The position numbers were made by a program, and so were the translations under genes. DNA of 64,000 nt from Rozella allomycis CSF55 (lineage: Eukaryota). The notes beneath the pieces are model-generated. The model had not been told where the DNA came from and searched no databases. It worked only from the letters and a program-made list of their open reading frames with translations. The stretch lies in assembly GCA_000442015.1 (NCBI GenBank), contig KE561209.1:248001-312000 (forward strand), in the 5' to 3' direction. Shown here piece after piece: positions 11,907 to 24,582 of this stretch (position 1 is its first letter; each line of letters opens with the position of its first letter).

Positions 11907-12629
11907 TTACTTCTTGATATCTAAGATAACAGGAAATTGATACTTCCATTTTTGCCAGATATCTTCTTTAGTAGCTAAATCACACATGAAGTGAGCAATA
12001 TTCGGTATTGTAGTCTGTATTTTAGCAAATAAACTATGCTTGCGAGTTTCTAGTACTTCATATTCACATAATTCACTCTCGACAAAGTTAGAGGGTCTTA
12101 CTAGGACCCATTCAACCTTCTTATTATCATAACCCACATCTCGATGAAAATATTTCGCACAATCTAGACTATCTTTAAAAGGTGGTAAAACAGAACCAAT
12201 GAATCCTAGTGTCATTCGTTCCCCAATCCCCCGCCCAATATCATTCCCTAGAGGACTATCAACACCTAAAGTGTTCAACATTATGAATTTAAGTGGAAAA
12301 TCTCGTTCCAATGTTGCTGCTGATTTGCAAATAGCTTTTGCAGCATCTGTGACCAGCCGATATGGAGGACCAAAAACTCCTTTGAAGTTAAGCACATGCC
12401 CTAGAGCACATATGGCATGAGTACAATCTTGCAAAAGCTCTCTCCATTGCTGTTCAGGGACATCTAGGACTGACCCTTCAATTATCGTCAGTTTATTATT
12501 CGTGGATAAGGCTGGTGAAAACGAGGATTTAGATCGAACAACAGCCTTAACGGATACTCCTCTCTCTAGTAGCTGGGAAATGACTTGCTTTCCTACCCTT
12601 CCTGTGCCGCCCAAAACTAACACAGACAT
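11907..12629 (-). CDS. NAD(P)-binding Rossmann-fold oxidoreductase (NAD_binding_10/BLVRB-like), intronless
   Basis: GGTGRVG, LGHVLNFKGVFG, WVLVRP, NIAHFM, WQKWKYQFPVI. Confidence 0.85.
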   Translation of the reverse strand: MSVLVLGGTGRVGKQVISQLLERGVSVKAVVRSKSSFSPALSTNNKLTIIEGSVLDVPEQQWRELLQDCTHAICALGHVLNFKGVFGPPYRLVTDAAKAICKSAATLERDFPLKFIMLNTLGVDSPLGNDIGRGIGERMTLGFIGSVLPPFKDSLDCAKYFHRDVGYDNKKVEWVLVRPSNFVESELCEYEVLETRKHSLFAKIQTTIPNIAHFMCDLATKEDIWQKWKYQFPVILDIKK

Positions 12630-13474
12630 GTGCTATTTGTTTAGTAAACAAAATTAATAAGCATTTTATAGCTATAAAATAGACAATAGTAAAAATTATG
12701 AGGCTAACTATATTACAATCACCATCATCGAATGATTCATAAAGTACTAGGTACCAATACTTTCTGAAATTTACAAATAACGAAAATAAATTCGCCAAAA
12801 AAACATTTGCTGTACCCTGGCAACTACTGCCGAGGTCACTTTTGGAAAAGGAACTTGCGTCACTGGGAAGAGGACAACACACAAAAGGAGCAACATTAAA
12901 GACGATTGGACGATAGCAATGAAATAAAACGAAAATATTTACGATAACTACTAGTCGGAAATGAAGCAGAAAATATACGAAAGAATATCGATTCGGAAGG
13001 ACGTGCGTTTGTTGGATGACTTTCTAAGTGGCCGGAAACTAGGCTTGGCAACCAAAGAGAAAGTAAAACAGGATTGAAGGCATGTGTTGAATATATTCTT
13101 ACTATTAGAAGCGAGGCGCTTATGTATCGATTTCATTCTTGAAAGTAGGCTAGATTATTGATAGGCTTGGCAACCACCGGAGAAAGAAAGGATTATATAG
13201 CGGGCTTAAAGTTAAAGATTTTGTGGCAGACAGATAATCTACATTTCTGGAACCACATACCCATGAATAATCGTTTTAATCAGTCATTTTTCTTGTTCCG
13301 TTTCGTTTTAGAGTCTTTTCCCATCTATTGTATACCTTTCCCATTTACTTGGGTTTTAATGGCTACTAGATTTATGATGTAATAATTAATAAAGATTTCT
13401 TTTCCAATACTGGTTTTTAATTTTACCAAGAGTTTCATTTATCCATTCCAGATACCAATGTTCGAAAATTCGGA

Positions 13475-14880
13475 ATGTGTAGCGCTCAGAGCTTTTATAA
13501 CTTACTTGCAAACACACCACATTTTGAAGATTGGGTTTCTTATAATAAACAAGCCATGGCCTTTGAAATGCTCGATAAGATGGAAGGCAATGGTAGAATA
13601 TTCATTTACCAAAATCCGAAGAATGGCAAAAGGAACTTTATAATCGTCGATAAGTACTATATTTGTATAGTTTATTCTATAGCATAAATAGGTTTTGGTT
13701 CAGACTTTACAGGTAGTCAACCGAATTACTTTAAAGTAGTCCTTTGGACCCTCTACAGAGGCATTTCTTTGAACTAATACCTGAAAAATCACCGTGCTAT
13801 CTTTATCTTGATGTTGAATTTGTGCGCAAAAACCAATGTCGCAAAATTGACGAAATTACCATGATGCGGACCCTTAAATCTGTAATAATGAAACCCACAT
13901 AATTTAGGATTTATTGAAATGTCTAATACAATGCTATCCTACACTTGAAGACAAAATATCCAATCACGATATAATAGATCTGTAATTGAAATACATGAAA
14001 TTGAATAGAGATTCCTCAACTAACCAAAAATTCTCGAGACATATAATTTTAAGGAATAATGATGTAATCTTTTTAAACAATCGGCATTTGGGTATATTAT
14101 TTTGGTATGATAGATTTCAAGGATCCTTTGTGAAGTTCATGATTTCAATCGCAAAAAATATCCACCCGTTGCCATCTTGGTTTGTTGATGGAGAGAATGG
14201 TTTGAGCATCCCAGTGATTGATGAAGGTAAAAAGATAGAAACAACGAAATACAGCTGTGTATACGAAAAATAGATGTTTTCGGATGTACCTGTCTTGCAA
14301 ATATGAAAAACAAGCTGTATTTACCTTGTCAGATGAGAATGAGTTTCGTTTTGAGGATCAGTCAACCTTTAACATTTGGAGGCACACCTTAATATGCCCA
14401 GAGAAGGCGGATATCCCAGATGAAGGCAGTCTTTTGAGGGGACCTTTTCATGACGACGACGCTTCAAATTTGACAAAGAAAGCAAAACATGATCCAGAAC
14501 ATGTGTCAAAATCATCTAATGTAGAATCTTTTTTCACTCCCAATTCCAAATCATACAATTCATTGGAAGAGTTTTTGCTGAACTATGTTCGACAAAATTC
14601 TCCAAACGCAACTCTCAGGAGCAAGAAAGAAATAGGTAATGGGAAATTCTTGTCCTATGCGTTCAACAATTATCGCTTTTGTGAATTATCGAATAGAAAT
14701 CATAAATCTAACAACGTTCTTGTTATAGTGAATTTGGATGACCAAACATATTATCAAAAATGCATGGATCCAGTGTGTCGGAATTTCGGTCAAGCACCCA
14801 AGCACGTTCTTCCTGATGGGATCGTGTTTCAAGGAGAGCTTTTGGAAAATTTATTGGATGATGCATTTTGGGAAGATTAA
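13475..14880 (+). CDS. PRIMPOL: PrimPol DNA primase-polymerase (CCDC111)
   Basis: Spliced model gives HFFELI..PCYLYLDVEF (DxE), DSSTNQKFSRH (SxH), IDEAVYTKNRCFR, and the zinc finger RFC..HKSNN..YQKCMDPVC. Confidence 0.93.
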
Positions 14881-15062
14881 TTGCGCCAAAATTGAATTTT
14901 AAGGCAATGTCGGCTGCATTCCCTACCGCTACCTATTTTGAAGTTGAGTCAATAAATAAAAATATCTTTTTGGCAATCCTTTTCTCGTTTAACCAATTGA
15001 TTATAAATTTATCATCTCTTAGAATCTGTTTACTAGAAATCAGAATTTTTGAAAAGATAAAA

Positions 15063-18000
15063 ATGAGAGAAAGTAGACAACGGTTATTTAACACCAGATG
15101 TGCATACTCTTCTCTAAAACTGCTAAAAAAGCTATACAAAGCAGGAAGCGACACTCTAACAGATGAAGCAGCATCGTGTTTAGATATTGCCAAAGATTGT
15201 GAATCCAACGGAGATTTTCTTAATGCATTCCGCTACCGATGGTATTATCACGACATTGTGGGCGATGAAACTAGTGCTCGATACGGGCTAGCTGAGGCTT
15301 ACAGAAAGTAGTTTAGTGTTGGTGAATAAATGTAGGATTGGAATGTTGGATAAGGCTCTGACGATAATTAAAGACTTGATTAAAGATTTGTTAAGAGAAA
15401 GAAACAATTCTACTGTAAGATTAGTTTGTGTGCTTTTTAGGCATATTTGTTTGATGTGTATTTGACTCTAGGAAACATATATTTCCAGAAAACGTAATAA
15501 TGATTGATTTATTGTAAAGGAAGTGGTTTGACGTATTATAGTCCCACGGATTGCAATATGGCAATTGACGCGTATTTAAAAGGACTTGCGCTTGGGCCAA
15601 CGTTGGAGAGGGAATTGATTGATCAGCATGAAGAATTTTTGAAATACTTGGAAACGAGGCGCGATTATTTTATAAATTTAGCGACTCTTGAAATGAATCG
15701 TGAGAGATACAATGAGGCTGCCAAGTATTTAGAAAATGCATTTTCAGTCGCAGACAGATTGATTCAGAAGAGTAGATGTAGTCCCGTTCTAGTTTCTATA
15801 AGATGTGTTATAATTAAAGCCAAGCTACAAATTGCGCAGGGCAAATATATGGAGGCCAAGAGAACATTGATGAATTCTGTGTATATTGAGTATATCAAGA
15901 AGAAATTTGAAAAGGAATACATATTTATAGAATATTTGGAGTTGTTAATTAAAGTTTTGAATTATTTGAGAGAATTTGATAATGCAATGGCTTTTGTTAG
16001 GGTTATGATAGATATTTCTAGAATTGTTTGTGGCGAAGATTCAGCTGATTATGCATCTTCTATAGAATTGGAAGAGAAAATAAAATCTTTAAAGGGATTG
16101 AATATTGATAAGTTAACGACTGAAACTTTGAATAGGCTTGCGTTGGATCCCAATGATCCAGAATTTGAACATCATCTAGAGACTTTAATCGCACCAATAA
16201 AGTAAGTGAATTTATAGTTATTTGTTAAGGGAAATTGGTGCTATTGATAAAGGTATCGTGCTTTGTGAAAAATTGAGAGCATTGCCATTGAATGAAAGAA
16301 ATAAATTCATCGTGTATGATCAAATGGGTAAATGAATTTATAATTGATGAAAGGTGAATTATTTAAATTAAAAAGAGATTATGAAAAGAGTGTAGAATTT
16401 TATACTAAAGCGAGAAGGATTGCGATTGATGATTTAGAAAAGAGTAGTTTAGATCATGATATTTCAGAGATAATGATTAAAATGGGAGATAGAGATAGAG
16501 GAATTTCATTGTTGAAACAAGCGTATCAAATATGCCCAAAAGACAACATTGAAGATCAATACCAAATTTTGTTTTCATTAGCTAAAACTGATGTAGAATA
16601 TGAAAAATCTTTAAATGAATTTCTAAAGCAAATAAATTTCAATGAAGATGTTTCTGCTAGTGTTATCCAATTTGTTGAGAGAATTGAATCTACTAATTAT
16701 TTCAGTGGAAGAAAGCAATCAAACGCTACTTCAAAACTTACAGTGCAGCCAATGACTAAAGCCAAGAAGAAATTTAACAACGCTGAATTAACTTTAAGTG
16801 AAGATTTAGCGCTAGAAGAATCATCTAGTGATGAAGATGATGAAAAGCCAAAAACTAAAAAGAGAAAATCTGTAAACTCAAATAATGAAGAAAATTATGA
16901 AGAAATAAAAGAAAGAATTCCCTTGTTGCAAGACGATGATGTCGATGCAATAGAATCTGATTTGAAATCAAATGATGGCATTTGGTCTTCTGATGAAGAT
17001 GTTCCAATAAATGATATTGACATTCCAACTGATAATAAAGTACAGCAAAGATATTCAAGACAAAACCAAAGACACACTGAAATTGTTATTTCATCAAGCG
17101 ACGATGAAATGTCAACTGATCGTCATATGCATGTTAGAGATGCACCGTTTCTAAATGATTCTCAAAACCACAAGAGCAATTTATATGAAAGAAATAAAAA
17201 TGAAAAATCGCCATCTGATAGAACTAAAAATCACAAGTCACCAACGAATAAACAAAATTTCATCAAACGTACATCTACAAACCAAGAGATGACGGTTGAG
17301 AAATCAAAATCCTCAAATTTATTAGAGAAAGTTAAAAGTGCTTCAAATAATTGTACAGTGGTAATACAAGAGCAAGGGCCATTAGAGCAAATAGAGAAAT
17401 TGAGTCTTTTACAAGAAAAGGCAGTCTCAATCTCAATAATGATTGCAGATTCAAAATATTCATTGTATGTCTCAACTTATGATGACCACATTTCATTTGA
17501 TCACATAAAGTCAAGTTTTTACTCTTCTTTCACTCTCAATCCTTTCCCTGTACTCTTATCCTTGAAACTCAACGATAAATTTATCCCATTTAATTTGGAT
17601 TATTATGAATTCAACAATCAATGTTTTACAGCTGACTATTCCTGGTCATTCTCAAATTTACCCATTACTTACTTTAAATTGTGTTTCGATTCCAAATGTA
17701 AACCATCAATTGAATTTGAAAATCTTTTATGTACTGTTTCTGAAAACAACACACTTGATTTAACAAACATAACAAGAATAACAAATATTGAAACATCCTT
17801 TTTGAAAGAGCATTCCCATGAATTGTCAAAACATATCAAAGAGCTCAAAATCAATCAAAATATGTCTTTTGATTCAGATTTTTGCTATTTCTTGTCAAAT
17901 TTAATTGGATTAGAGTCTATTTCTTTAATGGGTTTGAATGGTGATACGCTAACTAAAATCTCACGTTTCATGCCCCAGAACATAAACGTCATAAATATCT

Positions 18001-19018
18001 CCAATATTCCCGATGACAAGACTCTAAATTCATTTTGTACCGAATACAGCAAGTTTGAAAAAGTATTCTCAGTATCAATATCAGACTCTACTTTTACTTT
18101 GTCACATAAAGAAACCGTCATCAACTTGTACAATCTAATTGTCTTTTGCTCAGATTTCACTTTTCTAAATAATATAAACGTAAATAGCAGTAAATTAGCT
18201 GCTTTGCTATTCCTTTTGTCAAAATCAAAAGTTATGAAAGTATTCCTTTCACGCATTGACATCACTGCAAGTCTTTTGGATTCTATTGAAGCCATTCATC
18301 AGTATTGCAATTATGCTTTTAGTAATCTAGTTTACAAGAGTTAACAATTAAAGATTATAAACTTTTTGAAAATAATTCAAAGTTTGAACTGCTACAAAGG
18401 CGATTTCCACTACTACATGGTATNGATATTTCATCGACTTTTCGACTAATTAATTATGATGAAAATAATGCAGAAGATTTGAAAAGTTTTTCTTTCAATT
18501 GTAAAAACCTGGATGAATTAAGTTTAAAGTGGAATTCCGTAAACAAAAGGTACTTGCCACATCTATTTTTCCATTTGGCAGCGTCCAGAATTCAGTCTCT
18601 TGATATATCAGGTATGCTAGACACCTTTGGTGAATTATCTCATTTGCATAGAATGGCCTTGACAAGATATGATATTCATTGGCAAGAAGCAATTGATCAT
18701 GAACTTTTTTCTAATTTTTCACACAATATAAGAAATGTGATATCATTGAAAATGAAATATTCAAGAATAGGAAACATAGGTATTAAGTCTCTTTCTCAAT
18801 CGGCACATCTAATGAATTTGAAACATCTGGACTTTAGCAATAGTGTAGTTTTTGAAAGCGTGTATGACCACTACATTGATGAAGAGAGTTTTGAATATTT
18901 TGTTGAGCAATTCAAAAATTTGGATTCATTAGATATCAAGTACTCTGGATTAACGCACTTTCCTAATGGATTAAACAAAATGAAGATGACAATGTCAAGA
19001 ACCAAAATCTCCTACTAA
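15063..19018 (+). CDS. TONSL/TONSOKU-like protein: TPR, acidic linker, UBL-like, LRR; no ankyrin repeats
   Basis: EAASC..IA....NGDF.NA and spliced AEAYRKIG resemble the TONSL N-terminus; further TPR-like helices, long acidic linker, C-terminal LRRs (LKHLDFSNS). N join at 18424. Confidence 0.6.
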
Positions 19019-19267
19019 TGAATCTCTATAAAGTATTTTTATATTCATCTTCGTATGTTCTTACTATCTTTAAGTGTTAACACCTTCCTCAGTGCATATT
19101 AACCATATGAAATTGCTGTGATAGCATATTGTTTTCCTAGGCATAAACAGTTACTTAACCACTTTAAGTTGTCAAAAAAATATAGTGTCACTTTATGTCA
19201 GTTTATGTAACTTTATGTCAATTGTCAAATGTCAAAATGATAAATAATCAGGACTTAAACAAGTTTG

Positions 19268-19897
19268 ATGAATAATACCAGATATTGTGTCTGCACCCTG
19301 CCAGTTCCCCAGTTTGATGGCAGTAGTGTATCTAATTTCTTATGGCAGTTCAAAAAGTTTGTCAAGTTAAATCGACGTACAGCAGCGGAGTCAATAGATA
19401 TACTACCATATTGCTGTACACCTGCAATATCCAAGACAGTTCATGCCCTAATTATTAGTCTCAAGGTTAATGATAGCTGCAATGACGATTGGCTGTTTTT
19501 TGAAAAGATTAGCAAAGCGCTAAAAGAAAAGTTTAGAGTACGAGATATTTTCTATACGGTTAACGATTTTATCCAGTTAGGTCAAAGAAAGCTGGATACA
19601 TATACTTATTTATCCGAGTTTAGGTATTTTTATGACAATGTTGATCAATACGACCTACATTTGGTCAATATGGACTTATTGAGACTTCTTTTCTCAGGAC
19701 TATCGGAAGATTTAGTTAATGACATTCTCAAAGATGACAAAAGGTATCCGTTGCGAGAATTAAAGAAAAAGACTTTAGAAGAGTTGATCGATATTATTGA
19801 TGAATACGAGGGAAAATATAGAAATAGAATTTCTTTCTTTAGAAGAATTATAAGAAATACTGATTCGCAATCGCGCAGAGATTTAGTATACGTATGA
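19268..19897 (+). CDS. Stand-alone retrotransposon Gag-like (capsid) ORF
   Basis: VPQFDGSSVSNFLWQF, ALKEKF, YLSEFR and LFSGLSEDL resemble Ty3/gypsy capsid; intronless; no pol or LTR visible. Confidence 0.55.
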   Translation: MNNTRYCVCTLPVPQFDGSSVSNFLWQFKKFVKLNRRTAAESIDILPYCCTPAISKTVHALIISLKVNDSCNDDWLFFEKISKALKEKFRVRDIFYTVNDFIQLGQRKLDTYTYLSEFRYFYDNVDQYDLHLVNMDLLRLLFSGLSEDLVNDILKDDKRYPLRELKKKTLEELIDIIDEYEGKYRNRISFFRRIIRNTDSQSRRDLVYV

Positions 19898-19941
19898 GCA
19901 GAAATGACGAATAATTGTCAAGATCTTTCATAAAAATGCTT

Positions 19942-21183
19942 TTATTCAATATTTTCTTCATTATTTTTCTTCTTTTTCTTCTTTTCCTTTTGTTTTTGTC
20001 GTTTCCTTTTTATAGATTCAGTTTTTTTGATTGCGACTCTCTCTATCCTTTCTATTTCTTTATTTGAAAGATTTAAATGTGAAGTCTCTTCAATAATTTC
20101 ATTTCTCAATGACTCTGTGACGCCACCTGCAATAATTTTAGCCACTTGATTCCGATGCCTGATAACAGAGGGATCCATTGATATTATCAGCGACAACAAG
20201 GACGAAGGTTCCGAGTCTCGACGTAAACGCTTGATTGTGTTTGTTAAAATATTGAAAGCATGTACAAACGATAATTTAACGTTATACATATTGTAAGATG
20301 ATTTCGTAACATCATTTTCTTTTGATTTTAAAACAAAAAGACTTACCAGGGTCCTGAGGATCCTCTATTGATAACAGATAAGGCCGCTTCACACCATCAA
20401 GCACCCTTCCAGCAGTTTTCCTGTTATAATAATTTAAATGCAGCAACGATAAACCAACTTTTTCGTAATTTAACTTTTTTCCATACAATTCTAAAAATTC
20501 TAAAAACAAGACGCCAACATTCTCCTCTTCGTTGATCAATCCCATTTGTAGCATTGGATGAAGCTTTAAAAAATGAACAATCATTAACATAGTAGCATAG
20601 GAACCCAAGCCTCCAGTAAAAACCTCATTCAATTTTCTAATAGATAAAAATTGCTTTAATAATAAAAGAAGAGGTCTCAAGGCAGGGTGCTCTTCCAAGT
20701 AATCTTTAGATATTTTTGCAGAATCTATTCCTGAATCAATATTAAAGCTAATATCAACATCATATTTGAATAAAGCGTCCTTAAATTTTACTAATGGAAT
20801 CCTTGCTTTCTTAATAAGTTTGATATCTTGGTAAAGTGCTATTCCATGTCTTATTAACGATTTCGCTACTTTCTTCAATTCGTTTGACGTTGGGCAAAAT
20901 ACAACAATGTCGATATCACTATCTTAATTAATTAATACACATACCTTGACGGTAGAAATAAACTGGTATCGAAAGATCCAAATACTTTAACTGTGGCATC
21001 TGGCCAAATACTTTTAACTGCCTTCTCCACTCTCTCTACAACGTGCGTTCTTGCTTTAATGTCATATTCATTTGGAGAAATATAATCAACAAATGAAGCG
21101 ACTTCTAAATTTAGTCTATCAGTGGGAAATCTGTCATAAGCGGCCTTTTTATGTTCTTCTGTCCACCAAGGAGAGTCCTTCAA
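19942..21183 (-). CDS. TRF4: Non-canonical poly(A) polymerase Trf4/PAPD5 (5' end possibly cut at N21191)
   Basis: VFGSFDTSLFLPSSDIDI after splicing, ARIPLVKF, LNEVFTGGLGSY, LSIEDPQDPENDVTKSSY. Confidence 0.93.
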
Positions 21184-21291
21184 AAGACTANTCTCGAATA
21201 CACACTCACTTTAAGGTGTGTATATATATGTGTGTGTCTGTATGTAACCATTTTTGCTTCCAATTCTTCCCAAATTTGGTCTATAAACTCC

Positions 21292-21457
21292 GAACACTCG
21301 ATATACCAAGTAATATTTATTTTCAGTCCATATAGTAAAGGTAGCTGTTGAGATATAGGTGGCGGAAGTTTGGAAGGGCCAAGTTGAACACTCGATATAC
21401 CATGTAATATTTTTCAGTCCATATAGTAAAGGTAGCTGTTGAGATATAGGTGGCGGA
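21292..21457. repeat. Two near-identical ~75-bp direct repeats
   Basis: gaacactcgatatacca...ggtagctgttgagatataggtggcgga at 21292-21366 and 21386-21457. Confidence 0.85.
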
Positions 21458-21461
21458 TGTN

Positions 21462-22200
21462 TAGAACTAAAACTATCTAAGGTGGAAGACTACTCTTGGT
21501 GGAAGTTCAAACTTCGCACAAGACTCCAAACACTAAATCTATGGGACGATAAGTCCGACCAACCTACTGAAAGCACTCTTGTCAACGACAGTATAGTGAA
21601 CAGCGTGAGCGACGAGATCATAAGAGGACTTATGGAATGCACATCAACCACTGAAATATGGAATGCCATCACCAAAGAATTCGAATCTCCATCCATCGCA
21701 AGACGACTGCGTGTTTTACGAAATTTTGTCACTTCCAATTTCAAGCTGAACCTACCAAAAATTCTATCAAAGAGGCCTTTAATAATCTTATGGAAATGGA
21801 TAGTACATTAAGCAACTAAAATGACAACATATCTGTTACAGCATTAACCACTTTCATCTCACTAGCCGCTATGCCCAAGCGATTTAATGGACTACGAAGT
21901 ATCTTGGAATAAGAGCTGGAGATAGGCGAAACTGTCACTCTAGAGGACATTAAATTAAAGTTATTGCATGAAGTTGAACGTGGATCGGGACTTAACCAAG
22001 CGACTACTACTACTGCATTACTTACCAAGACCAAGACGAAAAGCAACCAATGTAAACACAACTCTGAATCTTCAACATGTTGGCACTGCAATGTTTTAAC
22101 CAATGGCTGTCAACGATGTATTAAAGCGGGAGAAACACGAGTCAAGCATCGAGAAGGTTCCGCCTCATGCGTGTCGCTCCATGCGCTTATAGTAACCTAA
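21462..22200 (+). mobile_element. Degenerate Ty1/copia gag
   Basis: EDYSWWKFKLRTRL..LNLWD, IVNSVSDEII, TEIWNAITKEF, later Cys/His knuckle-like CKH..CWHC; contains a frameshift and an in-frame stop. Confidence 0.75.
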
Positions 22201-22264
22201 TCCTCGTAAATTAGATAGTAAATCGTAAGATAAAAAGTAAAAACCGAGGTCGATTGAGAATGGN

Positions 22265-22830
22265 AATCAACCTCACTACCCTCATTGTCTTTGTCAGATT
22301 CGTTATTTTGTGCAAGGTCAGAAAAAAGAGGAATCTTTTATGTCTATCATATTTTCCTTTTTTAAAGTAATGCCATGAAGTTTGGCAAGTGGATCAAACG
22401 GAAGAAATAGCCAGTACTTTCAATAGGATTATCACAGAGTATTTCAAAGTCTTTTATGATTCTATTTGGTAAAGTTTCAATGAGCCTAATGACTACCTGT
22501 AAATGTCCGAGAATATTGTATAGACCGTCAAACTCCACTTTTGATGACAATTTGTTCACATGTTTAACAATGCTGGCCAATGGAACTACAAATTGTCTAT
22601 CAATTTCTTGGAGTGTAGTAGAGAGTAGAAAGATATGATGGTGTTTGACAGCAGTGTCTCCGTACATTTCCCGAAGATCGGTGTGGTAGTAACTAGTAAA
22701 CCGATATTTGCTTAGTGAGAAAAGTACCGAAGCTTTGCAATTTAGAGGTGCTTCATGACGTTGATGTCCAGGATTCTTTCTTAAATCTAAAAATGCCAAA
22801 TTTGATTGGAGAATATCAGATTATCTGTCC
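22265..22830 (-). pseudogene. Decayed partial copy of the adjacent WDR55 gene
   Basis: 22265-22500 matches 22955-23240 with deletions (VIRLIETLPNRIIK vs VIRLIEVLPNRIIK). Confidence 0.75.
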
Positions 22831-22915
22831 AAAGCCCCTACTTATTCATCTTTATATATCCTGAGATCAATGAAGAGAAAAAAGAAAACTTTATTTAATA
22901 TTTTTTCGCTTATCA

Positions 22916-24058
22916 TTAATCCTCATCAAAAGAGTCATCAGAATCAGCATTAGAATCAACCTCATTACCCTCATTGTCTTTGTCAGATTCGTTATTTTCT
23001 ACAAGATCAGAAAAAAAGGAAGTCATTTCCACTCTATGTCTATCATATTTGCCTTTTTTAAGTAAGGGCTCGTTTTGTTCTTGTAAATCAATGTCATGAA
23101 ATTTAACAAATGAATCATGTGATATAGTTGCCACAAAAGATGCATCTGAAGAAACAGCCATGCCTTCAATGGGATCATCGCCGTGAATTCCAATGGCCTT
23201 TATGATTCTATTAGGTAAAACTTCAATGAGTCTAATAACACCATCGGCAGCTCCTGTTAATGCTCTTGAATGATCTACAGCTTTCAGACATTGTATAGAA
23301 GGAGGATGATGAGGAAATCGATCAGACATATCTCCCCAATATCCATACGAGTAAATTTGTAATACTCCTTCTTGAGTTCCGCAAACAACTTTCTTGTTAT
23401 TGTGCATTACGGCAAGTGACAATAATTCATCTTCCATATTATCTGACCTTGCTAAAACATCAGGTTTTCTAATATCAAAAACGGATAAATAGCCATCGCC
23501 ACTAATCTTATGAGATGGTGAGATTTACCCTGCTGATATTAAATGCTTTTTGTGTTTAACATATACCAAATCTGATATAAAGTCAGAATGCTCCTCATAG
23601 CGCATTACTTTCTTCTTTGAACGCAGGTCCCAAATTTTAATTATTCCACTATCATCGCCAGTTGCTATAAGGTTTTCACTCAATAAATTTATTTTGTTGA
23701 TCGCATCTCTATTTTTTAAGAGTAAATAATTAATGTACCTGTGTGCCTTTTTAATTGAAAATACTGGAGCATTCTTCTCAAGGTCAAAAAGTTTAATGCC
23801 GCGGTCGACTGAGACAGATATCAATTCTTTTCTGGTGGAAATATTTATATTTACTCTCATCAGATATTTCAAAATCGCGTATCGAGTCTTCGTGTATTTG
23901 ATTTTTCTCAATTCTTTCTAGATTCGCTTTTTGCAGTCTATAACGTGTTAAAAGAAAAGTTACATGGACACATATCCTTCCGCATCTCCCACAAAGACTT
24001 TTTGGTCATCACTGGACAATCTTATACTAGTTGGCTGTGATCCGTTATCAAAACTCAT
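22916..24058 (-). CDS. WDR55: WD40 protein WDR55/Jip5
   Basis: ATGDDSGIIKIWDLR, HSDFISD, RSDNMEDELLS, WGDMSDRFP, acidic tail with FFSDL; four introns. Confidence 0.9.
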
Positions 24059-24582
24059 TCTCAGCAAGCCACAAAAATGTGGTGACTTGTAGTTGTCAAT
24101 TTCTTGGGTTTTGTAACAAATTATGATCTTCAATATTCAATTGCAATTCGTCTAAAAAANAGATAGAAAATCGTAAGATAAAAAGTAAAAACCGAGGTCG
24201 ATTGAACATGGATTATCCTCCGTTCTATTTATTGATATCTCCTTAGAGTTTTATATGNAAATATTCCCAATCACAAATAGTTCATATACTTAGTTTTATT
24301 CACCTAAATAACATCTATGATCTACATAATCATTAATATTAATTTGTGGCAAAGTCTNTAGTACCATTTTTTGTAGTATAAATATGATAATAATGTGCAG
24401 CCAAGCATCATACGGAATAATTACTTGATTGTTATGTGTATGTTGATGTTAGTGGATATAATAATGTGTNTAATATTTCCAATCGCAAATAGTTCATATA
24501 TTTATTCACCTAGATAACATCTATGATCTACATAATCATTAATATTAATTTGTGGCAAAGTCTATCGCTTCGCCTCCAAATT

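Noticed and set aside
21292-21457. CRISPR-like or LTR interpretation of the direct repeats
   Set aside because: Only two long copies in a eukaryotic context, no cas genes, and no clear PBS, PPT or target-site duplication.
24259-24562. ~100-bp direct repeat upstream of the formin
   Set aside because: Copies are separated by N joins and differ by few bases; likely allelic contig ends.
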